A stretch of DNA of 64,000 nt. Source: Paragordius varius. Its lineage: Eukaryota; Animalia; Nematomorpha. The notes under the pieces were generated by a model. That model was not told where the DNA came from and made no database searches. It was given only the letters and a program-made list of their open reading frames with translations. Every line of letters begins with the position of its first letter. Within the stretch, counting starts at the first letter, position 1. Below, one piece after another: positions 1 to 12,797 of this stretch. The DNA lies in assembly GCA_964247055.1 (NCBI GenBank), contig OZ176051.1, forward strand, positions 4,154,001 to 4,218,000, given 5' to 3'. A program made the position numbers and the translations under genes.

Positions 1-228
1 GTTTTATTTAAATATTCAAAATTATACTTAAAAAATTAAAGTTTTCAAAAACTTGCATAACTTTCAATAAATGCTAAAATTTAATAAATCTTATACTAAA
101 AGAAAGAATGTTACATTAAATTTTGGTAAGCAAAGCAAAATCATTAATCACAGATTTTTAAATTAACCATCAAATAAAAACCAAAAATAGTCTCTAATTT
201 CTTTTCATAACATTGAGCTTAAATATAC

Positions 229-3200
229 CTCTCGTTTCTCTGGCTGACCCGAAAAATCAGGTATATTATGATTTTCGCTATTAAATTTTGCACCGTTTTT
301 CTGTTTGTTTGCCGAAAGAGCTAGGAAAGATAATTGTTTTCTTACCTCTGTAATAGGCACGGGGGAATTTATTTTATTATAGCTATTAACATTATTATCG
401 AAATTATGCATGATTTGTTCTTCACCATACGTAGCTATATGTATAAATTTTTCCCGATTATTTAAATTGTTGGCATTTTTAGCGTAATATGGAGTTTGTT
501 TAGCGTAATTTATCAATTTTGATTTTACAAGCTGCTCAGAGCAGTTTTCATCTTCAGTCATAGTTGTGTTGTTAGAAAATGAAACATTGTTTTTATTGTT
601 AATGATAATTTCTTCTTCTTGCTCTTGATTTATTTTACGGTTATCACGGTAATTGGCAAACATTTTGCCATTAGAGTTTTGTTTAAAGTTTGGTGTTTTG
701 GCACTTGATTGAATGTTAGCTAATCTAAGGCAAAAATATATGGAAAATAAAAATAAATATATTATAGTTTTGGATAATTTAATAAAACAATTTTTTTAGA
801 TAATAAATTGCAAAATTTTATCAATTTTCATCCAATACGAATTTTTAGAATTATTGTATAAGCTATAAAATTTCCATAAAAGTAGAGAATTAAACTGACC
901 ATTTTCATTTAAATTTAATTGATAAATTCCTGTTTTCTTAATAAAAAACTATAAAACATTTAAAGAATTTTTTTATTTTACCCATCATTGTTATGACAAG
1001 TAGCACCTTGATACGGAGATTCATAATGGTGATCAGGTCGGGAGCCTAATATATTTATAAAAGGGGGAAATTAATTAATTTTATCATTTTGTTATATTTT
1101 TGCCCAAAATTTAGTTGAGTATTCCATTAAAAAATTGATAAAAACAAATCGAATCAATTAAGATTTAAAAATTTATAGAGTTTATTTAACAGTTAATCGG
1201 TTATAAAATAAGGAAACTTTAAAGTTTGTTGATAAATTATAAAAGCAAAATAAAAAGCATACTCATATTATCATTTCTGTTTGATGATGTCCTAATAGTT
1301 AATTGAGTTAATGATTTGGTCAAATTGTTGTCCCCATGATTAAGGGGTGTAGCCAACTTTGGCGAGGAAGACAGTATCAGATTGCTGGATAAGTCTCGCT
1401 TCAAATTATTCACACTTAATGGGAAATGTAAAATTTATAAAATTAATTTATGTTATATTTTATTACAAAATTTTTAATGAATTTTATTGAAACAGTATCG
1501 ATTCCGAATACTATTGTTAATTTTTCGCGCATTTTCATCGAACAAGACTTGTTCCATAAAAATTTTATTTCAAAAGCAAAAAATTTACAGTTAAAAAAGT
1601 TTTTCCATTGAAAATGTTTGTATTAAATCAAAAAAGTTGCATTCGAAGGAAAAATGTCTTGGTTAAAAAATTAAAAGTAGAAAAAAAACCATAAACACTT
1701 AATTATATTTCAAAAACAAATTTATAAGTTCTTTTGAATATTTGAATTGCCTTTACCTCATATTAGCTGGATTGTCATTAATGTTGACACTTTCTTTCCC
1801 TCCAAGTGTATAATTGGACTGCTGATGAAATGATAGAGGTTCATAGTAAGGTGTATTATTATGGTTATCATTACGGTTTTCATTAAAATTGTGTCTGTTA
1901 TTTATACGAGGGGGAGTTGAGGAGTTTGATTGTTCTGTATTTTGCTTAGATTGAACATTATAATTATTAGGTTTTAAGACAGATTTTTGCACTGCTACTG
2001 ATAATATTGGGCTATTTGATGATCTATCGGAACATGTGGTATTGTTTAATACATTGTTCCTAATATTATTTGTCCTATGGTGATCTCGAAATAGCATAGA
2101 ATGTGCTTTACGAATTATGTTTGAAGAGGAATTATTTATATGGATGGGTTTATTACATACATTTTCATTATTATTGATCAGAATATTAGGAAAGTTAGGT
2201 TGATGTTGATTATTATTATAAAAGTTTGATGGGCCAAAATTTGCCCTATTATTAAAATTATGATATTGAGCTAAATTATTATGGGTAGAATTCACAAAAT
2301 CTGTACCAGATATTAAACCCGCTGGCCCTCCATAAGGGTTAAAGGGCCCAAAATTTTGATTGTTATAAGAACCCATTTTAATATTATTAACATTATGATA
2401 AAATGAAGGGTAATCATTAATTGGAAAACCATTGGGGCCTAATGGGACGTTTGGATAAGTGTGTTGTTGAAAGGTATTCGGAAATCTTGTAGGCGGTATA
2501 TTTGTATGATTATTAGCATACGAGTCAAAATATAAAGGATTTAAAGTCGGATTATTATTGTTATTAGGATTCATATTTGGATTTAATTGTGGCAGCATAT
2601 TATAATTATTGAGATTATTATTGCTGTTAATATGGTAGGGATTGGTATGATTGTAACCTATTTGGGTAAATAATTATATCTTTTAAACATTCAAACAGAG
2701 AATAAATTTGTATAAAAAATGTAATAAAAGTAACACACCCTTTACAGCTAAAACATAATCCTTAACCATACAATTTATTTCTCAACATAAAGTTTGTTAA
2801 CAGACTTAAGATTCGCTGTTTATATATATACTGACACCGTATACTTATTAGACTCTCATTGTATTTAGTGTTTATTTCATAAAATCCAAGTATTTACAAT
2901 AAAAAATTTCTTATATAAATTATACCTTCTTGGAAAAAACTTTAAAGATAACTTTTGTAAAAAAAAGGGGGTAAAAAAACTATAGAATAAAGAATATTAT
3001 TTTACCAATAATTTTTTTGGATGTATGTCAAATAATTTATAAAAGCATAAAAACCTGGCATGCCTCCAAAGTTTGGGTTATTTTGTGGATATCTGGGTAA
3101 ATTATTTTCGTTGTAATTGTGTTGATTTTCGCGTAAAAGGGTCAAATCTATATAAGCACATATTTTTGGATGAACGTTAATGTTGTTTTATTTTTGACAA

Positions 3201-6200
3201 ATTGATGTGATTGATATTAAAACATAATCAATACTAACAATAATATGATATGCCTTAAAAAGTCGAAAAAAGGCCATGCCGCATATATTAATCTATACAG
3301 ACCGTATTATAATCAATAGTTTCAAACAAAATCATTAAATTTCTTGGATGTACGGTTTAGACAATCATTTTAAAATAGGAAAAATTCCACTAAAAGAATT
3401 TAATATTTAAAGGTTTCATTTTATAGATTTGTTGTAATTAGTTTTTATACCATATTCACTCATATTTTTCAAATATAAATTTGTGGTATAATGTGACAAA
3501 GGAGGCATACTGATTCGAGATGTATTATATTGATTGGTTGGTAATACATTTTCACCCATTGAGTTGTAGGGTGGTAATCTAATTTTTATATCAGCAAATG
3601 CATAAATTTTAAAAATCACAATACAATAAAAAGCAACAAAAAAATTTAAATTTTTACGTGTTTCCAGCCAAATTTTGGTTTGAAATTGGATTACTAAAGT
3701 TTCCAAAACCATAACGATTATTTTCATTATGAGGACGACAACCTTGATTAGGATCTTCTATAAAGTTAATTTATTAATTTAAATTTTTCTTTTTATATTA
3801 TAATATAACAACTGGTTGGTTTTCATTAATATTACATATAAAGTTTTCAAGATAATAGGTGTCTAAAAACCTATTTTAAATGTGAATATGATATAAATAT
3901 AGAGAGATTCGATTAAGCATTTATACATTTAATAAAATAAATTATACTTAAGAGCGATAATTAATATACAGTCATGTATCCTTTATTTTATCAAAAATTT
4001 ATTTTATTTTTCGTTAAATGGGTATAAATGTTTGGTAAAGAATGGAAAAACAAGAGCTCTATGGTAATTTTTATACTTTTTTGACAAATATGATATTGTT
4101 GATAGAGCTCTTGTTTTTTCCATTCTTTACCAAATAAGACCCATTTAACGGAAAAAAATAATTTTTGATAAAATAAAGGATTCATTACTGTATAATCCTT
4201 TTGATAAAACTAACATTTTCAAAGGAAATGTATATATTTGTCACCTTACTTGATAGAAATAAAAAGTACAAATTAAAACCAATAATACCAAAAATTTTAA
4301 AACGTTAAAAATAAATTACCATAAATCGGTACATTTGAACCCAAATTAGTGCCATATATAGAAGAATTATTTACAACATTTGTTAAGGATGTGATAACAG
4401 TATTTTCAGATTGGTGTTGACCAACTTTTTTGGGTTCTATATCCTCCAAACACGAGGTGTACAAGTAAAAAAGTAGGGATGTTAAAAAAGCTTTTACTGT
4501 TTCATACCAATACTTGTAATCTAAAATTGCAAAAAATAAAAAATTATTGATAATTACAACAATTAATACGGCTAATACTAATATATTTAATATAATTGAA
4601 TAAATGATTAAAACAAAATTGGTGCAAAATTAATATTGACTATAATAGTTTATACAACATTTATTCAATATTTGAATAGTTTAAGAATTTTCAGGCCCTT
4701 AAAAATACGTTATATTCAAAGCACATTTTTTACATTTTGAAAATTATTTTTAATTCAAAATAATAAATTTAATGAAATATTTATTTATTTTTTTTGAAAT
4801 CCTTACTACCGAGTTTTTATATATTTAACAACTAGCTTGATTTGACTTACACACTTTTTTGATACCAAATAAAATTCTTTGCCCACAATTTTCAAATTAG
4901 CAAAAAAAGACTCAAAAATATAGTTACAGTCATGTATCCTTTATTTTATCAAAAATTCATTTTTTTTTCGTTAAATGGGTATAAATATTTGGTAAAGAAT
5001 GGAAAAAACAAGAGCTCTATGGTATTAACATAATCATATTTATCAAAAAAGTATAAGAATTACCATAGAGCTCTTGTTTTTTCATTCTTTAACAAATTTA
5101 TACCCATTTAACGAAAAAAAATAAGTTTTTGATAAAATAAAGGATACATGACTGTAATTAAAAAAATGTATTATATACCTTTTTGATCGATATTCCGTTG
5201 CTCACGAGAATTACTATTTTCCGTTAAATGATGAAATGGAACTAAATATTGTTGCATAAAATCCTCCATAAAAGCCAATAAAAAATTATCTGTGGAATGA
5301 TGAACATTATTATTATGATTGTTAGAGGGTAAGGTTTGAGCTAATAAATCACGTACACTTTCCCAATTAAAGAGGGCGCTTTCTTGCGTCAATATTTCTA
5401 TCGTTTGTCAAAAATAAGTAAAATTTTAATATTATCCCTGATATATTCTGCCAAATGGTCGAAAATTTATATTATATAATTGTTATTGTTTATTATAAAT
5501 AACCCATATTTATCTATATCTTTGCGCATAAAAATTTAAATTTTCATTAAACTCTTAATTGTTATAATTTTTAAAATAAATTTTTGTGTAATCGTGTATT
5601 TTTGATAAGAAGTTTGACTCGATATAAAATGATAGATCATATTTAAATGTGGTCTAAATATACCATTTACAATTCAAATCACCCTAAAAATAAATTATAA
5701 ATTTTCAGGGTAATATAACTCATCATTAATATAAAATATATCTTTGTGGCATAATTTATTATTTTTTTAGTATTATTAAAACTTTAAACAAAATTTTATT
5801 TTTAGAAAAATATAAAAATATATGCAATATTTAATCTTAAAAAACGATACGTTGTTTTAGGGTAAGTTTAAATTGTTCAAGGGTAAATTTGAATTGTTCA
5901 AGGTTAAATTTGAAGTGTAAATGGTATATCATTTATAAACTTTAAAAATATTCTAAGAAATATTTTTACCAGATAATGGTAAATCTTCAGGGTAAAAAAA
6001 GTAGAAAAGCCCACAAAGCGCCAATCCATCAGTAACATCGTCAAGTAAATAACCTTCACGCAGTTTTGGAAATATTTTATTTCCTTTGGTTTCTAGAATT
6101 TCTGTAAAAGCAATAAAAAAATATTATTCATACATAGTGTGTCGTCAGATTTAGGAAAATTGAGTGTGCTTAATATTTTGCTATTTTCCTAAAAGGAAAA

Positions 6201-7288
6201 ACCATCAAGTGACTAAAAATTAGCGTTTAAATGCTAATTTATAATTTAGATAATCAGGTTTATTGATTTTATTTTACAAATGAATTTGTCATTTGTGCAA
6301 AATAAAAATTTAAAACGTTTGATAATGGGTGTTAATCGTTTGGCCTCGTCATATTCAATCGATATATTTTGGTGATTTGAGGGGGTACTTGTACTTTGGT
6401 TCGAAATATGACTGTCATTTGATACGCAATTAATTAAATAACTTTCAACCTAGGAAATAATATTTATGTAAAAATATTGCAAACCTTAAAAAAAATATAA
6501 TATACCGCAAGTTTAATGAGATTTAAATAAAAAAATTTGAGACTTTTAAAATGTATGAAAATCAACAAAATTCCCAATAATTAATATGCCATAAATTTGT
6601 ACCAGAACGCGTTACTTTTTAGGTTAAAGCGATATAAATTCTTTTTTCTGATCAGTTTTTTTAAAACAATAATTTTATAAAAAAACAACTAGTAACTTTT
6701 TAAAGTATTTAGGCTTTAAAAACTATTACCATAATTTATTTAATATATAAATTTAAAAAAATCATGATACTCGTACGTCACAAATTTATTATTAACTACA
6801 TTATATAATCGAACTCCTTTTTTTAAAAAGGGTAAATTAGTATATCAAAGTTTATACTCTAGCGGTCATTCTATTTATGCAATAAACAATTTGGGCTTCT
6901 AAAGATGCATGTGGACTCAAAGGTTCTACAAGATCTTCTTTAGATTCATTTTCATTTAGTTCATCTTCACTCATTATAATGCTAGAAATTAAACAAAAAA
7001 TAAGTTTTATAATATATTAATTGCAAAAAAATCGGTTGATTTAAAAATCTATGTTATATAAAAAATCCATTTGTTAAATAAACAAATTAACAATGTAATT
7101 AATGGTATACATATTAAGTAATATAAGTATATTACAAAAAATGAATATAAAGATCATATATTAGTATTAAAATTAAAAAATAATCCTTATTTATATAAAA
7201 AAAAACTATGCCTTAAATGTATGCAAAATTAAATAACTTACTCAAATAACTGCAAGAGTTTCCTTCCGCTATACTTCATCGATGGCAT
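229..7288 (-). CDS. CAMSAP: CAMSAP/Patronin-like microtubule minus-end protein, 5' part (multi-exon; 3' end beyond the left window edge)
   Basis: Spliced exons give MPSMKYSGRKLLQLF/DIIMSEDELNE (7288-7242, 6981-). An exon at ~6105-5962 gives IFPKLREGYLLDDVTDGLALCGLFYFFYPEDLPLS, and the next gives EILTQESALFNWESVRDLLAQTL...FLLAFMEDF. Both resemble the CAMSAP CH domain (DGxALAALIHFYCP...SLYNLQLIQEF...LVFMAELF). N/P-rich exons follow at ~4520-4320, ~3755-3658, ~3580-3445, ~3150-3058, ~2640-1757, ~1410-1265, ~1050-960 and ~720-229. Some exon junctions near 6860-6300 are unresolved. The CKK domain is not in the window. Confidence 0.62.
3969..4190. mobile_element. Fold-back MITE family A, copy 1 (Tc1/mariner-type ends)
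   Basis: TA|CAGTCATGTATCCTTTATTTTATCAAAAA...TTTTTGATAAAATAAAGGATTCATTACTG|TA. The arms are ~100-bp inverted repeats flanked by TA. Three copies in the window. Confidence 0.88.
4927..5154. mobile_element. Fold-back MITE family A, copy 2
   Basis: TA|CAGTCATGTATCC...GGATACATGACTG|TA; near-palindromic, in a CAMSAP-like intron. Confidence 0.9.
5661..5926. mobile_element. MITE family B, copy 1 (TACCATTTAC termini, ~20-bp subterminal repeats)
   Basis: TA|TACCATTTACAATTCAAAT...ATTTGAAGTGTAAATGGTA|TA, with tandem AGGGT(G/A)AATTTGAATTGTTC(A/G) units next to the right end. Confidence 0.85.
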
Positions 7289-7445
7289 AGTATTATGGAA
7301 TGACAGACGATTCTTTCAAACAGAGCAAAACAGATCAAACACAACCATATGATATAAAAATAAATTTGAAAAAATAAAATTTAGGCGAACTGGATACGAA
7401 TATGCTAATGATTTTATGACGACGTGATATATCATACATATACAC
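7289..7445. promoter_or_regulatory. Putative bidirectional promoter, CAMSAP-like/DDX49
   Basis: 157 bp between the divergent start codons at 7288 (-) and 7446 (+). Depends on the first CAMSAP-like exon being coding. Confidence 0.55.
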
Positions 7446-10400
7446 ATGTCTTTTCAAAACTTGGGTCTTAAGCCTTGGTTAATCGATCAATGCAATATTT
7501 TACAGATTAAAAAACCAACCCCTATTCAAAATGCATGTATCCCTAAAATTTTAAAAGGTACAACTTTAATTTTTTTATAATTGAGGATATAATTGCATGG
7601 GCAATGCGAAAACTGGAAGTGGAAAAACGGCAGCTTTTGCATTACCAATCTTGCAAAAATTTAGCGAAGATCCTTACGGAATATATGCACTCATATTAAC
7701 TCCTACCAGGTTTAAAGCGCGTGTATATTTTAACAATTATAGAGAGTTGGCATTTCAAATTGCCGATCATTTCAATATATTAGGGAAACCACTTAACCTT
7801 AAAACACTCGTTATAGTCGGTGGAAATGGTATGTATATTTAAATTTTCTGATTGATAAAATAAATTACAATTTTTTAAATATAGATATGATGTTACAAAA
7901 TCGGGATGTTGCTTTTATACCTCACATTGTAATTTCCACACCTGGACGGCTAGTTGATCACATTGATACGTATAACGATTTATCGTTCGACAGAATTAAA
8001 TTTTTTGTAAGATTTTTATAATTAATTTGACTGAAATTAAATTTTTAATGAACTATAACATTTCTCATGTTTTTAAATAAGTTTAGTATAATAGAGTCTT
8101 TTCTTTGGAAAAGATTCGACTTAAATATATATCGGCCAACCAACGTAAAACGAATATAAGATTTTATAATAATTTAGCTTAGTTATTGAAATGCAATGGG
8201 ACCATTCTTTTATCTTATTATCTATTATATTAATTTAATATACGCCTTTTTGCGTATGCTTTAACGTTTTTATAGGGAAAAAAATTTGTGTCATAATTTC
8301 CTATATTATCCACTGAAACAAATTTGCATGATTCATATATAAAGTAATATTTAATTGGCTGTTTTATGCAATTGATATGAACGCATCGTTAATTTAATAT
8401 GTGGTTTAAAATAACTTTATTGGATTTATGTTATTTATGTTTGATGATATCATCCATATAAAAAATAAAATATCATTATTATTAATCATATATTAACTGG
8501 GAAAAATACATGGGTCATTATCCCCATTATGACCCGTTTCTTAGTAAAAAAAATAATTACAAAATAAATTTTTATGTTTTAAGATCTAATTAATTAATAA
8601 AATATTTATACAGGGTAGTTTTTACTGTATATCCTACACCTGGGTGGTAGAAAAAATTTATATTTTATGAAATAATTTTACACCTGTGCGTGTTTAGGTT
8701 ATGGACGAAGCGGACAGGCTTTTAGCCGGTTATTTTAATGAACAACTTTCTCGTATAATGTCCCTCCTGCCCGCAAAACGACAAAATTTGGTCTTTAGCG
8801 CAACTTTCAATGAACCCCTTGAACAATTAGCTATGACGGAAAATAATAATCAAGCAAAACAACTTTTTGTGTGGAAAGAAATTTCCGAGTATAATCATAA
8901 TATATTTTACAATAAAGTTTTTCTTTTTTGGTTAACATGGGAAACGAACTGTAAATAGATTTTATAAAATTTATTTTAAAATATCACATATTGCTATGTC
9001 GGTAAAAACGGCACTAATCTTTTTTTGTGAAAAAACCGCAAAACAAAACTTTGTTAACATAACATATGCCCTAATTTTGATAAAAAATTTTGTTTGTTTA
9101 TTAAATTCGATGAAATACTGAATATAAATAAGATTAAAAGTTATTTTCGCACATTAATATGTAAAAAAATGAGTCCTCTTATAAAAAATATTTGGAACAA
9201 AAAAGACTTGACTCTATTAATTTACAGTTAAAAATTGCTATTTTTAGGACAACACGTAATTACCTGAAAAATTCCTTAAAAAATACCACCATATTTTACA
9301 ACCTTAATTTTGTTAAATAGTTACATATACTAAATTATACAAATCATATTCTTAATTTTACCCTTGAACAACTCAATTCACCCCTCAAACATTTCATATT
9401 TACCCTACTATGTTTTTGGATATCAAAAATTACATATTTTTTTACATTTTAAAAACTTACATAATAAAAGAATGATTAATATGTCTGAAAAAATATTTTA
9501 TATCATTAATGGATTAGATTAGCACAGACCATTTATTTTCCAGGGTTAATTTGCAATATTCAAAACTAAATTTAAACTGTTTAAGGAGAGAATTGAAATG
9601 ATGGTATATTTTAAAATTGTAGCTATATAGTTTATGTAGAAAAAGCAACGTTCAAAAAAGTATGTGGGTGTTTTGTCTTTTATAATTTTTTGCATTGTTA
9701 AAATATTTTTATCTGCCTTTGTTTTTGGATAGTATCATTACAGTGGATACTTTACGACAATTCTACTATGTTACTCCTATGATGTATAAAGAAGCTTATT
9801 TGATATACATTTGCCTTGATTTCTTGAATCAAATCGTGCCGATTGTGGAGAAATCTAAATTAGTGGCCTTAGACCATGCCAAAAAAATTGAAAATGCCAA
9901 GGGATTTGCCACAACTTTCAATATTTTGGGAAATAATTCGTTAGCCATCATTTTTACCAATAGTTGCAAGTATTTATACATTTTTTTGGAAATATATTGG
10001 GACAATACGTAAATATACCATAAAATCCACCCTAAAGTCTATTATGTGTTTTTTAAGATTTAAAATTACCTATATTTTATTGAATGATATTTTGTTTTAT
10101 ATTAAAATGTTGTGTGAAAAATAATAAACTATGCCATAAAGATATATTTCATATCAATAATGAGTTATATTAGCCCGAACACAATTCATTAATAGAGTGA
10201 ATTCGAATTGTAGATTTATAAAAAGAGAAATATTTTTTTAACAAAATGTATCGTTTTAGGTTGTAAAATATGGAATAGAAGACATAATTATACAATTTTT
10301 AATCGTAATCATAGGATATAATAAAATTAATTAAATAAGTTTGACATTTTATAAAAAAAATTTTTTTTATTTTTACCTTTTGTCTTATATTAATTTTAAC

Positions 10401-12797
10401 TGTATAATTTTGATAAAAGTGATTTTACATTTTGTTTTCTATATTTTCCGCAAAGATATAATTTAAACGAATTAATTTTGGTTATTTTTCATTCATCATT
10501 ATTTTATCATTTGGGTAGAAAATGTCAATTATTACATACCATGTTAAAAAAATTGGGTATCCATAACTTACCTATCCATTCTAATCTTACGCAAAAACAA
10601 AGATTAATAGCTCTCAATAAATTTAAATCTGGTTTAGTACGGATTCTTATAGCCACTGATTTAGCAAGCAGGTTTTTAATTTTATTTTATTTATAAGTTG
10701 ATATTAATATATGATAATTTTTTAAAATGAGATTTTATATCTAGAAAATAATTAATTCCCATTTGAATTATTGTAGGTTTGTATAATGATATTTGTAATT
10801 ATAAATTATATATGCTTTATTTGTATAATAGAGGATTCGATGATAAAAATATTATTAGATAACTTTTATTTATGTCTTAAAACAATAGGGGTTTGGATAT
10901 ACCCAAGGTTGATTTAATCATAAATCATGCCATACCGAAAAATTCCGAGGATTATGTCCACAGAGTTGGGAGAACGGCTAGAGCTGGTATTTATAATTAT
11001 TATAAAAAAAATTATTTATATTATAAAAATTCTCTTGTATACATAAGATCCCCCCTACCCTCTTAATGATTTTTTTATATTAAACAGTGGCTATAAAACT
11101 TATTCTGATTGTTATGCTATTTTTCCCATTTCAAAGTAAGGTCTTACTAAGTTGATATCGCTTGAGGTTGAATATAACTTCCCACAACTAACTAGTTTAT
11201 GTGAATATAAACACTTTTTACAAATTTCAAATATGTGTTTATAAAAAGTAAATACTTTTTTTGTGCAAAAAAAACTAAATATATATTTGAAAATTTTGTG
11301 AAAAACCAATAAAATTTGCTTAAAGGGATTTAGATACAGATTTTTAGCCATGTTTTACCCACACAATTCCGTCATTATTGGTAAAGGTGGGGTCTATTGC
11401 AAACTCAAAACTTTTTCAAAATTAGATCCTTTTTGTCCCTTATAAATAAAAATAAAATTATTTTTTTAAAATTAGGACGCGGTGGAGTAGCTATTACACT
11501 AATTTGCCCACCGAATGATATACCTATCCTTCAAAACATTGAAAAACATATTGGAACTCAAACTGTAGAATATCCTTGTATGGATGAAAAGGTACTATAG
11601 TGATTAAAAATATGAGTTAAAGACTTTAAAAGGTTGTAAAATAGACGTCTTTTAAGGTTTCGCTTTGAAATTTATACTCCGATGTTAAAGATATATTTTT
11701 TGAATGTGTTTTTACTAAACAAATTATTTAATGTTAGTTAGGAATGATGTTTTAGGTTTTTTTATTGTATAAAAATAATTTTAATTGAATTGACATTATT
11801 TATATTCATGATAATATTTGTAATTTTATAACAACTTATTAGTATTAATATACCATTTACAATTCAAATTCACCCTTAAAAAAATTCCAGCCTTCAACAA
11901 GTAATATTCACCCTAAAAATAAATTGTGTGTTTTCGGGCTGATATAACTCATTATTAATATGAAATATATCTTAATTTCATAGTTTATTATCTTTTCAAT
12001 ACTATTTTAATTAAAAACAAAATTTCATTATTTTAAAATATAAAAAAATATAATCTTTAATCTTGAAAAACACTTATTTTTTAGGGTGAATTTGGATTGT
12101 TCGAGGGGAATTTGAATAGTTCGAGGGTCAATTTGAACTGTAAATGGTATATTTGAATTGTTCAAGGGTAAATTTGAACTGTAAATGGTATATTTGCTTT
12201 ATACGGTCTTTTCACAAAAGTTTTTTTGTTTTCCATATAAATGTATACCGTGCAGGGGTGAGCGCTATTTTAAAGTAAAATTGTTTTTTGAGAAATGTTT
12301 ATATATTTTCATTACTCAACTATATTTTTAACTATGGAGTAATGTCTTTAATTGAAACATTCAACTAATAAAAATATGTTTTATATATTATACAATTATA
12401 GCCCTCTTTTGTTCTTGTAAGCTAATTTATCTAAATATTTTGTCCTTAATAAAGAGTCATTGATAAACCAGAAAACCGAATTCAATATGATTGTTATATG
12501 AACTAATATTTTAACATTTTTTTACCCATGAAAAAAATATATTTATTTCGGTTTACTTAGATTGTTACAAAAATGTTAGCCGAAGTTGCCCTTATCAAAC
12601 GGGAATGTCAAATTGATTTGGATAATAGCAATTTCGACAAACGTCGTCAAATCAATGAACTCAAAGGCAAAATTCTTAAGGGTGAAACATTGACAGAGGA
12701 AGAACGAAAAATGTGTTCGGAATATCATCCCCAGCCAAAAAACAAAAAATCGAGCAAATCTATCGGAAAAAATAAAAGAAAAGCCACAAAATCTTGA
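7446..12797 (+). CDS. DDX49: DEAD-box RNA helicase DDX49/Dbp8 (10 coding exons)
   Basis: Motifs seen: Q (PTPIQ), I (AKTGSGKT), Ia (PTRELA, split by a 33-nt intron), Ib (STPGRL), II (DEAD), III (SAT), IV (IIFTNSCK), V (TDLASRGLDI) and VI (HRVGRTAR). The C-terminal [20 protein letters not shown] resembles the DDX49 tail. Exons: 7446-7557, 7586-7709, 7743-7828, 7885-~8007, 8698-~8888, ~9732-9970, ~10514-10670, ~10889-10986, ~11476-11592, ~12561-12797. Confidence 0.92.
9340..9585. mobile_element. MITE family B, degenerate copy
   Basis: Left subterminal repeats TTTACCCTTGAACAACTCAATTCACCCCTCAAAC and a right-end-like GGGTTAATTTG...AAATTTAAACTGT. Termini are eroded and boundaries approximate. Confidence 0.5.
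11851..12190. mobile_element. MITE family B, copy with duplicated right end
   Basis: TA|TACCATTTACAATTCAAATTCACCC... The right terminus ACTGTAAATGGTA|TA occurs twice, ending at 12149 and 12190. Confidence 0.88.

Noticed and set aside
8500-8700. Small hairpin GGGTCATTA...TTATGACCC and TACAGGGT...CACCTGT as a mini-transposon or ncRNA
   Set aside because: The stems are short and imperfect, the sequence is single-copy, and there is no consistent TSD.
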